Position numbers and translations under genes: made by a program. 64,000 nucleotides of DNA from an uncultured Chloroflexia bacterium (GTDB lineage: Bacteria > Chloroflexota > Chloroflexia > Thermomicrobiales > UBA6265). Shown in pieces: positions 11,083 to 21,246 of the stretch; position 1 is the first letter of the stretch; every line of letters starts with the position of its first letter. The notes beneath the pieces were generated by a model, which saw nothing but the letters and a program-made list of their open reading frames with translations, had not been told where the DNA came from and ran no database searches. The stretch is taken from positions 64,001 through 128,000 of the forward strand of contig CAVRUC010000007.1 in the NCBI GenBank assembly GCA_963724295.1, written 5' to 3'.

Positions 11083-11624
11083 CCCTGCGCGGATAGCTCC
11101 GCGGCGACTCGCTTTAGATTGTCTATGTCGCGACGCACGACGAAGGTTCGGCCGCTCATATCGTCCCGCACATAGTTGAGCGTGCGGTCATCCATCCAGC
11201 GGTAGATAGTCGGGCGCGTTACACCGAGCTGTTGCGCCGCGTTGCCGATACTGACCAGTTCTGTCGGATCGTAGGCGCGATACTTTGCGAGCGCGAGCAT
11301 GCGTCCAAGATCCGTGTCCCAGAATGAGCGAGGAACCGTGTAGTCCTCCGCGGCGGCCGGCCAGAAGAGCACCTGGAGAACAGCGTCGATTGCGGAGAGG
11401 ACGAGATCTTTCGCCTCGCGGACCTCACCTCTGGCCAGTGCCGCCAGCCGCTGGAGGTCTCGGCCGAGAGGTCCTCCCTGGAGCTCGCTAAGCGTCAACT
11501 CCCGAAAGGACTCGGGATGCAACTGGCTAATCAAACGATGGTGCTGGCTATAGACGAGCTGGAGCGCATCGTCGATCGCCGCTTGGTAGTCCGGCAACCC
11601 TGACTCCACGGGTTCTCCTTTCAT
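11079..11624 (-). CDS. Protein with C-terminal MerR/excisionase-like HTH and unknown N-terminal domain
   Basis: LVSIGNAAQQLGVTRPTIYRWMDD. Confidence 0.75.
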   Translation of the reverse strand: MKGEPVESGLPDYQAAIDDALQLVYSQHHRLISQLHPESFRELTLSELQGGPLGRDLQRLAALARGEVREAKDLVLSAIDAVLQVLFWPAAAEDYTVPRSFWDTDLGRMLALAKYRAYDPTELVSIGNAAQQLGVTRPTIYRWMDDRTLNYVRDDMSGRTFVVRRDIDNLKRVAAELSAQG

Positions 11625-11673
11625 CCGTGCGGCAAAACCGGCTCATCGGCGAAGGATGCGCGAGTACGGTCAG

Positions 11674-11702
11674 AGTGTACGCTCAGCATAGCAGAGGGTC
11701 AA
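11674..11702 (-). promoter_or_regulatory. Sigma70-type promoter for the HTH gene
   Basis: TTGACC-N17-TACACT on the minus strand. Confidence 0.55.
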
Positions 11703-11905
11703 CAGCGCACTGTTCGTTCAGAAGAAACCGGTACCCATGGATGGCCAGTACGCGGTACGCCTTTCGAAAGTTCCGTGACGGTGACAAATTGACAACCTGA
11801 TGGATAACAGATTTGCGAGGCTGATCCGCCGCGAGAGGTTCGGTTAGCGAATTCCGGTGCTTCCCTGAGACTTATCCAAGGCACCAAACGCGCCGGGTGC
11901 GGCGA

Positions 11906-12274
11906 TCAGCGACCGGTAATGATGCCGCGTACAGCAAGTCCGAAGATAAACAGCGCGACGAGACTGTAGATCAAGAGAGCCTGCCGCTGGTTCCGCGCTC
12001 GCAGATATGACCACGCGAACGGCAGTACCAGCACCGCCGTGAGTCCGTACAGATAGTGCGTAGCCGTGGTCGGTCGCGCGCCTGTCGCGACCATCGCCGC
12101 TCCTGCACCCGCCTGGGTCAGGACGAGCGCCTCGCCGATCGCCAGCGCTCCTGCGTAACTGCCAGACATCGAGTGGCCCCGGAGATATGAGAAGATTCCC
12201 CATCCTCCGACCGCGGCCATGAAAAGCATCATGGTGATCGAGAGGCGATCGTGAAGAAGCGCGAAGAGGTCCAA
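11906..12274 (-). CDS. Small membrane protein, about 4 TM helices
   Basis: Four hydrophobic stretches; no recognised family. Confidence 0.7.
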   Translation of the reverse strand: MDLFALLHDRLSITMMLFMAAVGGWGIFSYLRGHSMSGSYAGALAIGEALVLTQAGAGAAMVATGARPTTATHYLYGLTAVLVLPFAWSYLRARNQRQALLIYSLVALFIFGLAVRGIITGR

Positions 12275-12324
12275 CGTGATAACGCCCCGTCCCTGGGTCT
12301 ACGACCGACGAAGTAACGGACTCA

Positions 12325-13188
12325 TCACGGTCGATCCCGTCCCGCAAGGACTCGTTTGTCCGTATTTGCGCTGGGAACCACAAGGTCAAGCGAGAGTTGG
12401 GCGATTCCCGGCTTGGCGGTGTCTGGAGACCACGTTTCATTGATGTCCCGCCGCGGCAATGCGTGCAGATCGAGCCGCAGGCCCGCCTGAGAGAGGCGGC
12501 GCTGAACCGTTGTTTTGGCAAGCTGTGGCCGGTTGTTGGTCTCGGACAGGTGGGCCAACCAGACGGTCGGCGGTGCAGCCGAACCCCGGATGGCCTGCGC
12601 AAGCAGCTCAGCGCAGCCAGTGTTTGAAAGGTGGCCCGAGTCCGACAGAATGCGACGCTGCAAGCGCTCGGGATAGGGACCCCGACGAAGCATCGCCTCG
12701 TCGTGGTTTGCTTCCAGAACGACGAGCCGCGACTCGGCGACCGCGTCGATAGCCGCCGGGGAAGGACAACCGAGGTCCGTGATCACGGTGACCGACCCCG
12801 CGGCGGAGCGGATCAAGAACCCGCAGGGCTCTGCAGCGTCATGGCACACAGGAATAGCCACCACCTCGACATCGGCGAGTCGCACGGGGTTGTTCACGCG
12901 AGTTTCTTCCCACAATCGCGGTGGTACGTTCGCCGCGCGCGCCGAACCGCGCGTGCTGAGGACCGCCGTGTTTTGCCCGATGAAGCGAGGCAGCTCCTGA
13001 ATGTGGTCGCTGTGCTCGTGGCTGATCAACACCGCGTCGATATTGGTCATGGTGAGCCCGACGGCGGAAAGCGCACGCTGCAGTCGTCGCACGCCAACCC
13101 CGCAGTCGACCAGCAGGACGGCTTCCGCCGTTCGCACCAGGAGCGCATTCCCGGAGCTGCCGCTGCCAAGACTTGTTACTGCCAGCAA
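12325..13188 (-). CDS. MBL-fold metallo-hydrolase (YycJ/WalJ-like)
   Basis: SGSSGNA, HEHSDH, HDA, TDLG, EANHD, GHLSN, AHLSETNN. Confidence 0.88.
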   Translation of the reverse strand: MLAVTSLGSGSSGNALLVRTAEAVLLVDCGVGVRRLQRALSAVGLTMTNIDAVLISHEHSDHIQELPRFIGQNTAVLSTRGSARAANVPPRLWEETRVNNPVRLADVEVVAIPVCHDAAEPCGFLIRSAAGSVTVITDLGCPSPAAIDAVAESRLVVLEANHDEAMLRRGPYPERLQRRILSDSGHLSNTGCAELLAQAIRGSAAPPTVWLAHLSETNNRPQLAKTTVQRRLSQAGLRLDLHALPRRDINETWSPDTAKPGIAQLSLDLVVPSANTDKRVLAGRDRP

Positions 13189-13347
13189 TCTGGGCTCTCC
13201 GGATCAGAGACTCACTGCCGAAAGTCCGCGTACTTCATGCAGGGTACACTGACTACCGCCCGGCAGTCGTGATACTCCGGAAATACCCCTGTGGCTGGTC
13301 TGCGCATCTGGTCGGAAAGACTCTGAACTGAGAAGGGCTCCCTCTCT

Positions 13348-16185
13348 ATGAACCCGGCGGATCGAATTCTGCGCGGCATGCCGCGCCGGGGGCCGGCCGG
13401 CCCATCGGCCGGTGACCCGGGCGGCTGGTCGCCATCGCCGGCGACCAGGCGAATGCTGATCACCGCCCTGGTTCTTTTCGCCGTCTTTGCCTTTGTCTGG
13501 CTGACTGCACGGTTTTGGGTTCAGTGGTGGTGGTTCGACAGCGTCGGATACCAGACGGCGCTTACGACCCGGTACATCTCAGGAGCCATCGCTTTTGTCG
13601 TCGCCGCATTACTAGTGGGCGGATTCTTCGCGGCGAACTGGAACATTGCACTGCGTCGCCGCGAGAGCCATAGTCGAAGTGCACGTCTCGCTTCGAGTCG
13701 AATTCTGCGCTGGCCGCTCTGGCTCCTCACCGTCGTCCTGGCCGTCTTCGCCGGCTGGTTTGCCGCAGAGCAATGGGTGACCTGGCGGCTTGCGTTGGCA
13801 GGTGCAAGCTTTGGCATCGCCGATCCTATCTTCGGCATGGACGCCGGTTTCTACGTCTTCCGGCTTCCCGCGCTCGAGATTGCGCACAACGCAGCCCTGA
13901 CGACAGTCTTGGTGACCCTGGTCGCGGTGGTTCTGATCTACCTCGGCATGCGCGGCCTGGATCGGCTCGACCAGCTGCAGGCTTCGCCGCAGGCCAGGCG
14001 ACACCTTCTCGGCTTGGCCGCATTGCTCCTGATCTTGTTTGGCGTGGGGTACGTCCTGGCGAACTTTGGTCTGCAGTACTCCCGGCGAGGTTTCGCATAC
14101 GGGCCTGGGTTCACTGACGTGACGGTCGTGCGGCCGCTCAACTATTTGCTTGCCATCGTATCAGCAATTGCCGCGGTGATCCTGGTCGTCAGCCGCCGAA
14201 TGGAGCAGCTCCGCTGGCTGGGGATCGTCGCTGTCACGTGGCTGGTGGCAGTGGGGCTGGGAGCAGTGGTCCCCCGGATCGTGCAGCAGGCGATCGTCGA
14301 GCCGAATGAGTTGCAGCGGGAAACCCCATACATCGCGAATAACATCGCTTTTACGCGAGAAGGCTTTGGTCTCGACGGCGTGGAGACACGCAGCATCAGT
14401 GGTCAGGGTGAGCCGCCAGCAAGTGCTCTTCAGGCGGACTCGCCGGTTCTCCGCAATGTCCGGCTGTGGGACTACCGCATTGCTCAGCAGACCTTTCAGC
14501 AGCTGCGATCCTTCGTTCCGTACTACGTCTTCAATGATGTCGACGTCGATCGCTACCCCGAAGAGGACGAGCTCCAACAGGTGCTCGTGTCCGCGCGCGA
14601 GCTCGATACCGAGGGTCTACCCGCAAACGCCCAGACCTGGACCAACCAGCATCTCTCGTATACACATGGCTATGGAGGAGTCATTAGCCCGATCAACGAA
14701 GCGACGAGCCAGGGCCTGCCGGTCTTCAGCGTCGGAGGTATCCCACCGGAACAGGCGGGCGTGATGACCATCGCTCGCCCGGAGATCTATTTTGGGGAGC
14801 TAGAGAGCACGTGGGTCGCGGTCAAGACTGGCGTGCAAGAAGTCAATGGCATCCCGGGCGAAACGCCAACACATAGCTATGAAGGGCTGGCGCACGGATC
14901 GATCGGGCTCGACAACTATCTGAAGCGCGTAATTCTCGCTATCAACCTCGGAGACCGCCGAGTTCTATTCACCGACGAATTGACAGCTGAGTCGCGGGTG
15001 CTGCTGAAGCGGTCGATCACGGACCGCGTAAGCACGATTGCACCATTTCTTCTGCTCGACGGAGATCCGTACTTGACTGTGGTGGATGGCCGCCTGATCT
15101 GGATCCTCGATGCGTATTCGGCGACTGACCGGTTCCCGAACTCAACGCCATCAGGCGGAGTGAATTACGCGAGGCAAACCTTCAAGGCGACAGTCGATGC
15201 GTATGACGGCACCGTGACGTTCTACCGCACGGCTATGGCCGATCCAATTGCCGACGCCTACACATCGCTGTTCAGGGAGATGTTCACGCCAATCAGTGAA
15301 GCGCCGCCGGCGCTGGCCGAGCATTTTCGCTATCCGGAAGATCTCTTCGACTTGCAATCTCGAGTCTTTTCCGCATATCACGTGACCGATCCCACTGCCT
15401 TCTATAACGGCGAGGATCGCTGGGAGGTCGCCGCGGAGCCGGTTGAAACCGACGGAGAAGCCGAGATCGTGCTGCGGCCGATGGAGGCGTATTACATGAC
15501 GCTCCCATTGCCGGACGAAACGGAAACCGGGTTCAAGCTCATTCGCCCCTTCACTCCGATCAATAGGCCCAACATGACCGCCTGGATGGCTGGCCAATCG
15601 GATCCAAGGGGTGACGCCCGGTTGGTCGTCTACCGATTCCCGCGCCAGACAACCGTTTTTGGCCCGCAGCAAGTCGAAGCACGTATCAACCAGGATCCGG
15701 AGATTTCTGAGCAATTCACCCTCCTCAGCCAGTCCGGCTCGCGGGTCATTACCGGAAACCTCTTAGTCCTCCCGGTAGAAGAAACGGTGATGTACGTGCA
15801 GCCGGTATACCTTCAGGCCACGGGTACGAATGGCGCGCCGACTGAGTTGACGTTCGTTATCGTGGCTACTGAGGAGCAGGTCGAGATGCGGCCGACGCTC
15901 GAGGAGGCTCTGGCGGCTGTTGCCGGTAATGACGAGGCGGACGGTTCAGGTGCAGACACGGCGGGTGCCGAAGCGGGTCTCGCTCCAGGCGCCGCACCCA
16001 TAACCGGGACCGTGGCAGATGCTCTTGATGCCTACGAGCGGGGGCAAAGGGCCTTGCAAGAGGGCGACTGGGCCGCGTATGGCGAGGCCCAGGAAGAGCT
16101 TGGTGGCATTCTTGATACGCTGGCGAGATCGGCGGGCGTCCCAACAGGGCCCGAACCCGTCGCAGTGGCAACTCCAGTCCCCTGA
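13348..16185 (+). CDS. UPF0182 family membrane protein
   Basis: DPIFG.D.GFYVF.LP, NVRLWD, DVDVDRY, YTHGYG, RYPEDLF, GNLLVLP, YVQPVY. Confidence 0.92.
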   Translation: MNPADRILRGMPRRGPAGPSAGDPGGWSPSPATRRMLITALVLFAVFAFVWLTARFWVQWWWFDSVGYQTALTTRYISGAIAFVVAALLVGGFFAANWNIALRRRESHSRSARLASSRILRWPLWLLTVVLAVFAGWFAAEQWVTWRLALAGASFGIADPIFGMDAGFYVFRLPALEIAHNAALTTVLVTLVAVVLIYLGMRGLDRLDQLQASPQARRHLLGLAALLLILFGVGYVLANFGLQYSRRGFAYGPGFTDVTVVRPLNYLLAIVSAIAAVILVVSRRMEQLRWLGIVAVTWLVAVGLGAVVPRIVQQAIVEPNELQRETPYIANNIAFTREGFGLDGVETRSISGQGEPPASALQADSPVLRNVRLWDYRIAQQTFQQLRSFVPYYVFNDVDVDRYPEEDELQQVLVSARELDTEGLPANAQTWTNQHLSYTHGYGGVISPINEATSQGLPVFSVGGIPPEQAGVMTIARPEIYFGELESTWVAVKTGVQEVNGIPGETPTHSYEGLAHGSIGLDNYLKRVILAINLGDRRVLFTDELTAESRVLLKRSITDRVSTIAPFLLLDGDPYLTVVDGRLIWILDAYSATDRFPNSTPSGGVNYARQTFKATVDAYDGTVTFYRTAMADPIADAYTSLFREMFTPISEAPPALAEHFRYPEDLFDLQSRVFSAYHVTDPTAFYNGEDRWEVAAEPVETDGEAEIVLRPMEAYYMTLPLPDETETGFKLIRPFTPINRPNMTAWMAGQSDPRGDARLVVYRFPRQTTVFGPQQVEARINQDPEISEQFTLLSQSGSRVITGNLLVLPVEETVMYVQPVYLQATGTNGAPTELTFVIVATEEQVEMRPTLEEALAAVAGNDEADGSGADTAGAEAGLAPGAAPITGTVADALDAYERGQRALQEGDWAAYGEAQEELGGILDTLARSAGVPTGPEPVAVATPVP

Positions 16186-16288
16186 GTTGAGGAAGGGTGC
16201 GGGTCGACGCGGCGGGAGCCTTTCGATAGCCTAACGCAAGTGCTGCCGGAGCTGATGCGTTCCGGAGGTCAATCATGAGGAGCGGCCG

Positions 16289-16489
16289 GTGAACATTTGG
16301 GGATGGCTCGTGGTACTCGGCGCGGTCGGAGCGTCGGTCGGGTTCGTGCTCTACGGGATGGGCACGTCGACGCTGTTACCGGACGACCAACTCATCAGCT
16401 CCGGCAGATACCTGATGATTGGTGGTCTCATCGCGCTCGTTGTCGGCTTTGTGGCGTACAAGGCCACCGAACGGTCGGGGCGGACTTAG
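16289..16489 (+). CDS. Small two-TM hypothetical protein
   Basis: GAGGAG Shine-Dalgarno then GTG; two hydrophobic helices. Confidence 0.6.
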   Translation: MNIWGWLVVLGAVGASVGFVLYGMGTSTLLPDDQLISSGRYLMIGGLIALVVGFVAYKATERSGRT

Positions 16490-17866
16490 CCGGCTCTCTG
16501 CGGTCGCGGCCGGCCAAGGGGTTCGCTGGAGCACAACGTCCTGATCCGGGAACCAGCGGCGTCGCACCTGCCCGGCAAGATACATCGACCCCGCAACGAG
16601 CACCGGCGCGCCCTCTCGCTTGGCGACCGCCTCGGCAAGGCGCACCGCTGCATCCGGGTTGGGTTCGACGTGCACGGCTCCGGCAAAGCCGGACGCTATT
16701 GCCGCACTGGCAATCGTGTCTGCCGCGATTGACTCCTTGCCGAGGACTGACGGCTCCGTGGTGATAATGCTCGATGCCGCGGTTCCAAGCTTGGCGAGGA
16801 CCCGTGCTGGGTCTTTGCTACGCAACATTCCGACGACGACCACCGGTAACGCGCACCCGGCGAAGCGACTGGCAGCTTCCTGAGTCAGGGCCGCGGCTTT
16901 GTCCTCATTGTGAGCGCCGTCGATCCAAACCGCGGGTTCGACCGTGCCTGGCATTCGTTCCAGGCGCCCGGGGAGCCGAGCGGTGCGGATTCCGTCGCCA
17001 ACGGCCGCCTCGGAAATCGCGAATCCGCGCTGAACGAGAACCCTTGCTACAGCAGTTGCTACCTCGGCGTTGCGCTCTCTGAATCCACTCGCCACCGGCG
17101 GCGCGTGCGTCCGTGCACCGTCAACGCCAAAAGCTCGAACGATGTCGACCGACGCCGATTTGGCTTCCTGGGCGATGACTGAGAGGGCCTCGGCGGGAAG
17201 GTCGCCAACAACGGCGGTGGATCCCGGCTTGATGATTCCGGCTTTGTGCCAGGCGATATCGGCGATGTCCGGACCGAGCGTGACGAGGTGATCCAAGCCG
17301 ATGCTGGTGACAACGCTGACCAGGGGATCAATGACATTGGTGGCGTCGAACCGTCCGCCTGCCCCTACCTCCACGACGGCGACGTCGACCTTACGCAGGG
17401 CGAACCACCAATACCCAAGCACGCTCCACGCTTCGCCATAGCTGAATGGCCGTTTTTCCCGCTCGGTCTGGATGAGGCGAGCCGCTGTAGCGAGGACCCG
17501 TGAAGTCATATCAGCGAACGAGTCTGGATCGATCAGGGACGGCCCGATCTGCAGTTTTTCTGTCGGTACCTGCAAGTATGGAGACGTGCGCAGGCCGACG
17601 CGATAGCCTGCCGCTGTCAAGATGGCGGCGACCATCGCGGCCGTTGAGCCCTTGCCTGACGTCCCTGTTACGTGGATAACCGGGTAGCGACGCTGCGGAT
17701 CGCCGAGCCCTCTGAGCATGGCGCGGATTCGCTCGAGCCTGGCCTCCGCTCGCTGCCGGCGGCTTGCCGGGGAGCGGGACGCGTGGTACTCGCCGCGAAT
17801 GAGGGCGTTCAACGATTCAACGGCGCATTGGTAGGACTCGAACTCGGAGTCGGGTGAACGGTTCAA
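16376..17866 (-). CDS. folC: Folylpolyglutamate/dihydrofolate synthase
   Basis: HVTGTSGKGST, EVGAGGRFDATN, GLDH, PGRLE, DGAHN, GSMYL; 3' end uncertain (overlaps convergent ORF). Confidence 0.88.
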   Translation of the reverse strand: MNRSPDSEFESYQCAVESLNALIRGEYHASRSPASRRQRAEARLERIRAMLRGLGDPQRRYPVIHVTGTSGKGSTAAMVAAILTAAGYRVGLRTSPYLQVPTEKLQIGPSLIDPDSFADMTSRVLATAARLIQTEREKRPFSYGEAWSVLGYWWFALRKVDVAVVEVGAGGRFDATNVIDPLVSVVTSIGLDHLVTLGPDIADIAWHKAGIIKPGSTAVVGDLPAEALSVIAQEAKSASVDIVRAFGVDGARTHAPPVASGFRERNAEVATAVARVLVQRGFAISEAAVGDGIRTARLPGRLERMPGTVEPAVWIDGAHNEDKAAALTQEAASRFAGCALPVVVVGMLRSKDPARVLAKLGTAASSIITTEPSVLGKESIAADTIASAAIASGFAGAVHVEPNPDAAVRLAEAVAKREGAPVLVAGSMYLAGQVRRRWFPDQDVVLQRTPWPAATAESRLSPPRPFGGLVRHKADNERDETTNHQVSAGADELVVR

Positions 17867-17868
17867 GA

Positions 17869-19092
17869 CTAAAGGAACTCCGCACAGACCACATTTGCCA
17901 GCAGGGCGCCGCGCTTGGAGAGCCGCACCCGTTCGTCGTCTGCTTCGAGCAGGCCGATGGAGGTCAGACGGGCGATTTGTGGCTCGAACTGCTCGAAGAG
18001 TGAAACGCCGTGTCGCCGTGCGAACGACGGCACGGATACTCCGTCCTCCAGGAGCCTCAATCCGAGCATCATGGTCTCCCCCATAGCAGTCCGCTCGCTT
18101 ATCTCCTCGATATTCGAGACGACGGAGTTACAGCTCTGGAGACTGGCGATGTACCGCCCCGGCGACGGCTGGTTCATGGTGCGGCGGCCTCGCGTGTGGC
18201 CGTGGGCGCCCGCTCCGATTCCCGCGTAGTCGCCATTGCGCCAATAGACGGCGTTATGGCGCGAAGTCTTGTCCGGCGATGAGGCCCAGTTGGCGATTTC
18301 GTAGTGGATCCATCCCGCATCGGCCAGCATCACCATGGCCAGCTCATAAAAGTCCGCTGCCGTATCGTCGTCCACGGGAGACAGAATGCCACGCTTGACG
18401 GCGTCAGCCATCGGCGTACCGGGCTCGACGATCAGCCCGTACAGCGAGAGGTGGTCTGGCGGTCGGCCACCGGCTACACCGGTCAGCACCTGATTCAGAT
18501 CGGTTTGCCACTGATCGATGGTCTGGCCAGGCCAGCCGAAGATGAAGTCGAGGCTGACGTTCTCGAAGCCCGCCTGGCGCGCAGCTGCGACCGCCCGCGC
18601 GACGTGCTCGGCCTCGTGCAACCGGCCCAGCACCCGCAGACCGCGCCTATCCAGCGTCTGGGCGCCAATGCTGAGGCGATTCACTCCTGCATCGAGCAGA
18701 CTCGAGCAATACCTCTCGTCAAGGTTGTTGGGGTTGGCCTCGATCGTGACCTCGACGTCGGGAGCAAGGGCGAAGTCAGAACCGCAGGCGTCGAGGATAG
18801 CCTTGATCTGGCTTGAATCGAGAAGCGAAGGGGTACCACCGCCGATGAATATCGAGGCGGCGAAACGATCCTCGAATTGAGCAGCCCACTGGGCGGTCTC
18901 CCTGAGGACAGCCTCGACGTACGCGGGTATACGCGCCGATTGTCCGGCGTAGGTGTTGAAGTCGCAGTAAGGACAGATGTGGGAGCAGAACGGGACGTGG
19001 ATGTAGATGCCGAACCGATCGTCCACCTGGGCTGGAGCGTCGAACAGCCGGGCTTGCGAATCCGGCCTTGAAGCCACGATGGGCACCGTCAC
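17869..19092 (-). CDS. hemW: Radical SAM heme chaperone HemW
   Basis: YIHVPFCSHICPYCDFN, GGGTPS, HYEIANW, HNAVYW. Confidence 0.9.
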   Translation of the reverse strand: MTVPIVASRPDSQARLFDAPAQVDDRFGIYIHVPFCSHICPYCDFNTYAGQSARIPAYVEAVLRETAQWAAQFEDRFAASIFIGGGTPSLLDSSQIKAILDACGSDFALAPDVEVTIEANPNNLDERYCSSLLDAGVNRLSIGAQTLDRRGLRVLGRLHEAEHVARAVAAARQAGFENVSLDFIFGWPGQTIDQWQTDLNQVLTGVAGGRPPDHLSLYGLIVEPGTPMADAVKRGILSPVDDDTAADFYELAMVMLADAGWIHYEIANWASSPDKTSRHNAVYWRNGDYAGIGAGAHGHTRGRRTMNQPSPGRYIASLQSCNSVVSNIEEISERTAMGETMMLGLRLLEDGVSVPSFARRHGVSLFEQFEPQIARLTSIGLLEADDERVRLSKRGALLANVVCAEFL

Positions 19093-19099
19093 GGTGACT

Positions 19100-19637
19100 T
19101 CACGGGACCGGGGTCGCCTCGACGACGATTGCCCGCGGAGCGTCGGCCGGGAATAAGGTAGACAGGTAGATCACCAGCGGAACAGTGCTGTCGTTGCGCC
19201 CCTGATGGATCGAATCGGGGGACTCGACCAATGCATCGCCGGGTAGCACGACCACGGTTTCCCCCGGGCGGATCAGTGTGCGGTTCACCGGTCGGATCAT
19301 CACCTCGGTACCAATTGATCTCGCCTGTGAAGACGGTGTAGGTGAGCTCTCCCTGAACAACGACCCCGATCTGCGTGCCTGGGTGATAGTGGACTGGAAG
19401 CACTGCTCCGGGCATAACCGTGACCCGGCCGAGAGCCAGCTCCGGATTCTCGACGGTGACCGGCAGTGCGTGGCCGAGCACTTCGCTCGTGATGGCCACC
19501 GGTGCGGCCGGTTCTGGAGTCGCGTGCTGCGCGAGCGAGGGAGAAGCATTGCTCACCAATATCAGGATCAAGCCGAGCAGGGCCATAGCGACGATGAGGC
19601 TCGGCCGGTTTCCCATCTTGCACTCCCAATTCGACAT
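19100..19637 (-). CDS. Secreted cupin-domain protein, frameshift ~19280
   Basis: Signal peptide, HYHPG...VVQGEL in one frame; PGDALVE.PDSIHQGRN in the next. Confidence 0.8.
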
Positions 19638-19650
19638 GGACGGTGAATCC

Positions 19651-20742
19651 CTACAGCAATCGCTTCAACTTTTCGAAGTCCACGTTGCCGCCGCTGAGCG
19701 TCGCTACGACGCGAGATCCTGGCTCGACGCCAGCCTTGCCGGTGAGGAGCGCTGCGGTGGCCGCTGCCCCTGCCGGCTCGACAAGGAGCTTGGTCCGCTC
19801 CAGCAGGAGCCGCATGGCATTGAGGATCTCGTCGTCAGTGACGATAACCACGTCGTCGACCAGACGCTCGATCAGCCTCTGGGACGTCGGTGCGGCGAAC
19901 GGGGCCGCCAGCCCATCGGCGACGGTCGTGATCTTTTCGATGGTTACCGGGTATCCGGCGATCAGACTCCGGGTGACGGCTGGCGCGCCCTCGGGCTCGA
20001 CGCCGACAATCCGAATGGCGGGATTCAACGCCTTCGCCGCGACGGCAATTCCAGCCAGTAGCCCACCGCCCCCGACACAGACGGCGATGGTATCGACGTC
20101 AGGACCCTCCTCCACGATCTCCAGGCCCACGGTACCCTGGCCGGCGATGATATCCGGATCGCCGAACGGATGAACGTAGTGCATCCCATGTGCATCCCGA
20201 TACTCGTCCATGGCGGCGAAAACGGTCTCCATCGACGGCGCGAAGCAGGCCTCCGCGCCGTATTCCTTGACCGCCGCGACTTTGGTGGGGACGGCATTCT
20301 CCGGCATGAAAACCACGCAACGGACCCCGGCGATCTTGGCCGCGTAGGCGAGGCCCTGGCCATGATTCCCGGCGGAGAGGGTGATGACGCCGCGCTCGCG
20401 CTGCTCGGTGGACAGGCTCAGCACAGCATTGAGTGCGCCGCGCGCCTTGAACGCACCCGTGCGTTGCAGATTTTCTGCCTTGAGGCCGAGCCTCGTGCCG
20501 GTCAAACGACTCAACGTCGCCGAGTCGAACAACGGTGTGCGGTGAATGTATGGCTGGATGCGGACGGCGGCAGACCGGACGTCATCGAGGGTGACGGTCG
20601 GCGTTTCCATCCGCTCATAGGCGGCGCGGGCCTCCCGCGCCGCGGCGGCGATTTCCTGGGTTGCGGTGACGTGTTGCAGCACTGGTCGTTGCCCTTTGCG
20701 CGGCGCTGCCGCCGGTGCGTCCGGCAATGGAATCGCTGTCAT
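19651..20742 (-). CDS. PLP-dependent threonine/serine dehydratase (no regulatory domain)
   Basis: KAENLQRTGAFKARGA, SAGNHGQG, GGGGLL, EPAGA, LSGGN. Confidence 0.9.
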   Translation of the reverse strand: MTAIPLPDAPAAAPRKGQRPVLQHVTATQEIAAAAREARAAYERMETPTVTLDDVRSAAVRIQPYIHRTPLFDSATLSRLTGTRLGLKAENLQRTGAFKARGALNAVLSLSTEQRERGVITLSAGNHGQGLAYAAKIAGVRCVVFMPENAVPTKVAAVKEYGAEACFAPSMETVFAAMDEYRDAHGMHYVHPFGDPDIIAGQGTVGLEIVEEGPDVDTIAVCVGGGGLLAGIAVAAKALNPAIRIVGVEPEGAPAVTRSLIAGYPVTIEKITTVADGLAAPFAAPTSQRLIERLVDDVVIVTDDEILNAMRLLLERTKLLVEPAGAAATAALLTGKAGVEPGSRVVATLSGGNVDFEKLKRLL

Positions 20743-20798
20743 GTCCGGATGTGACGGGTCAGTATACGCGAATGGGCTGTCTAACTCTGGGGGTTGCA

Positions 20799-21152
20799 GT
20801 GGAAAACGGATCTGAGGCGAGGTCGGGGAGACTGCGCACCGTTCCCTTCAACGATGCGATGGTAGAGACGATCGCCGAAGCCATTGACGCGTGGCCGAGC
20901 CTGGCGCCATTTCAACTACCGGGAGCCGCCGTCTATCAGTTCACGCTGGATGGGTCGGAGGGGCGACCGTCGGCGATGGTGACGCTCTGGCCGTCCCTGC
21001 GCCGCGTTGATGCTATTGGCAGCGGCGCGGCAGTCGTCTTTACCCGGATTGCATCGGTGCAGTTAGTCGAGGGCGTCGAGGTGCTGTTCCGGCGCGAGAC
21101 TGGCGAGTACCTGGTGGTCGCCAAAGGCGGCCGCATTATCGTGCGGTCATGA
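20799..21152 (+). CDS. Hypothetical protein
   Basis: Globular-looking ORF filling the gap between minus-strand genes; start uncertain. Confidence 0.55.
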   Translation: MENGSEARSGRLRTVPFNDAMVETIAEAIDAWPSLAPFQLPGAAVYQFTLDGSEGRPSAMVTLWPSLRRVDAIGSGAAVVFTRIASVQLVEGVEVLFRRETGEYLVVAKGGRIIVRS

Positions 21153-21180
21153 AGTAGGTGATCAGCCGGCGAAGCTCGAG

Positions 21181-21216
21181 AAGGTTGCAAAGATTGCAAA
21201 GATTGCAAAGGCTACG
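21181..21216. repeat. 9-bp tandem repeat
   Basis: AAGGTTGCA-AAGATTGCA-AAGATTGCA-AAGGCTACG. Confidence 0.7.
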
Positions 21217-21246
21217 AAAGGCGCATGTTCGTCCGGTGGCGAACAA

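Noticed and set aside
11795..11880. DnaA boxes / replication origin
   Set aside because: Only two 7/9 matches to TTATCCACA, with no dnaA and no extended AT-rich unwinding region.
16376..16489. Genuine antisense overlap of folC with the small membrane gene
   Set aside because: The folC tail looks non-conserved and an alternative frame stops at 16486, so an indel artefact is equally likely.
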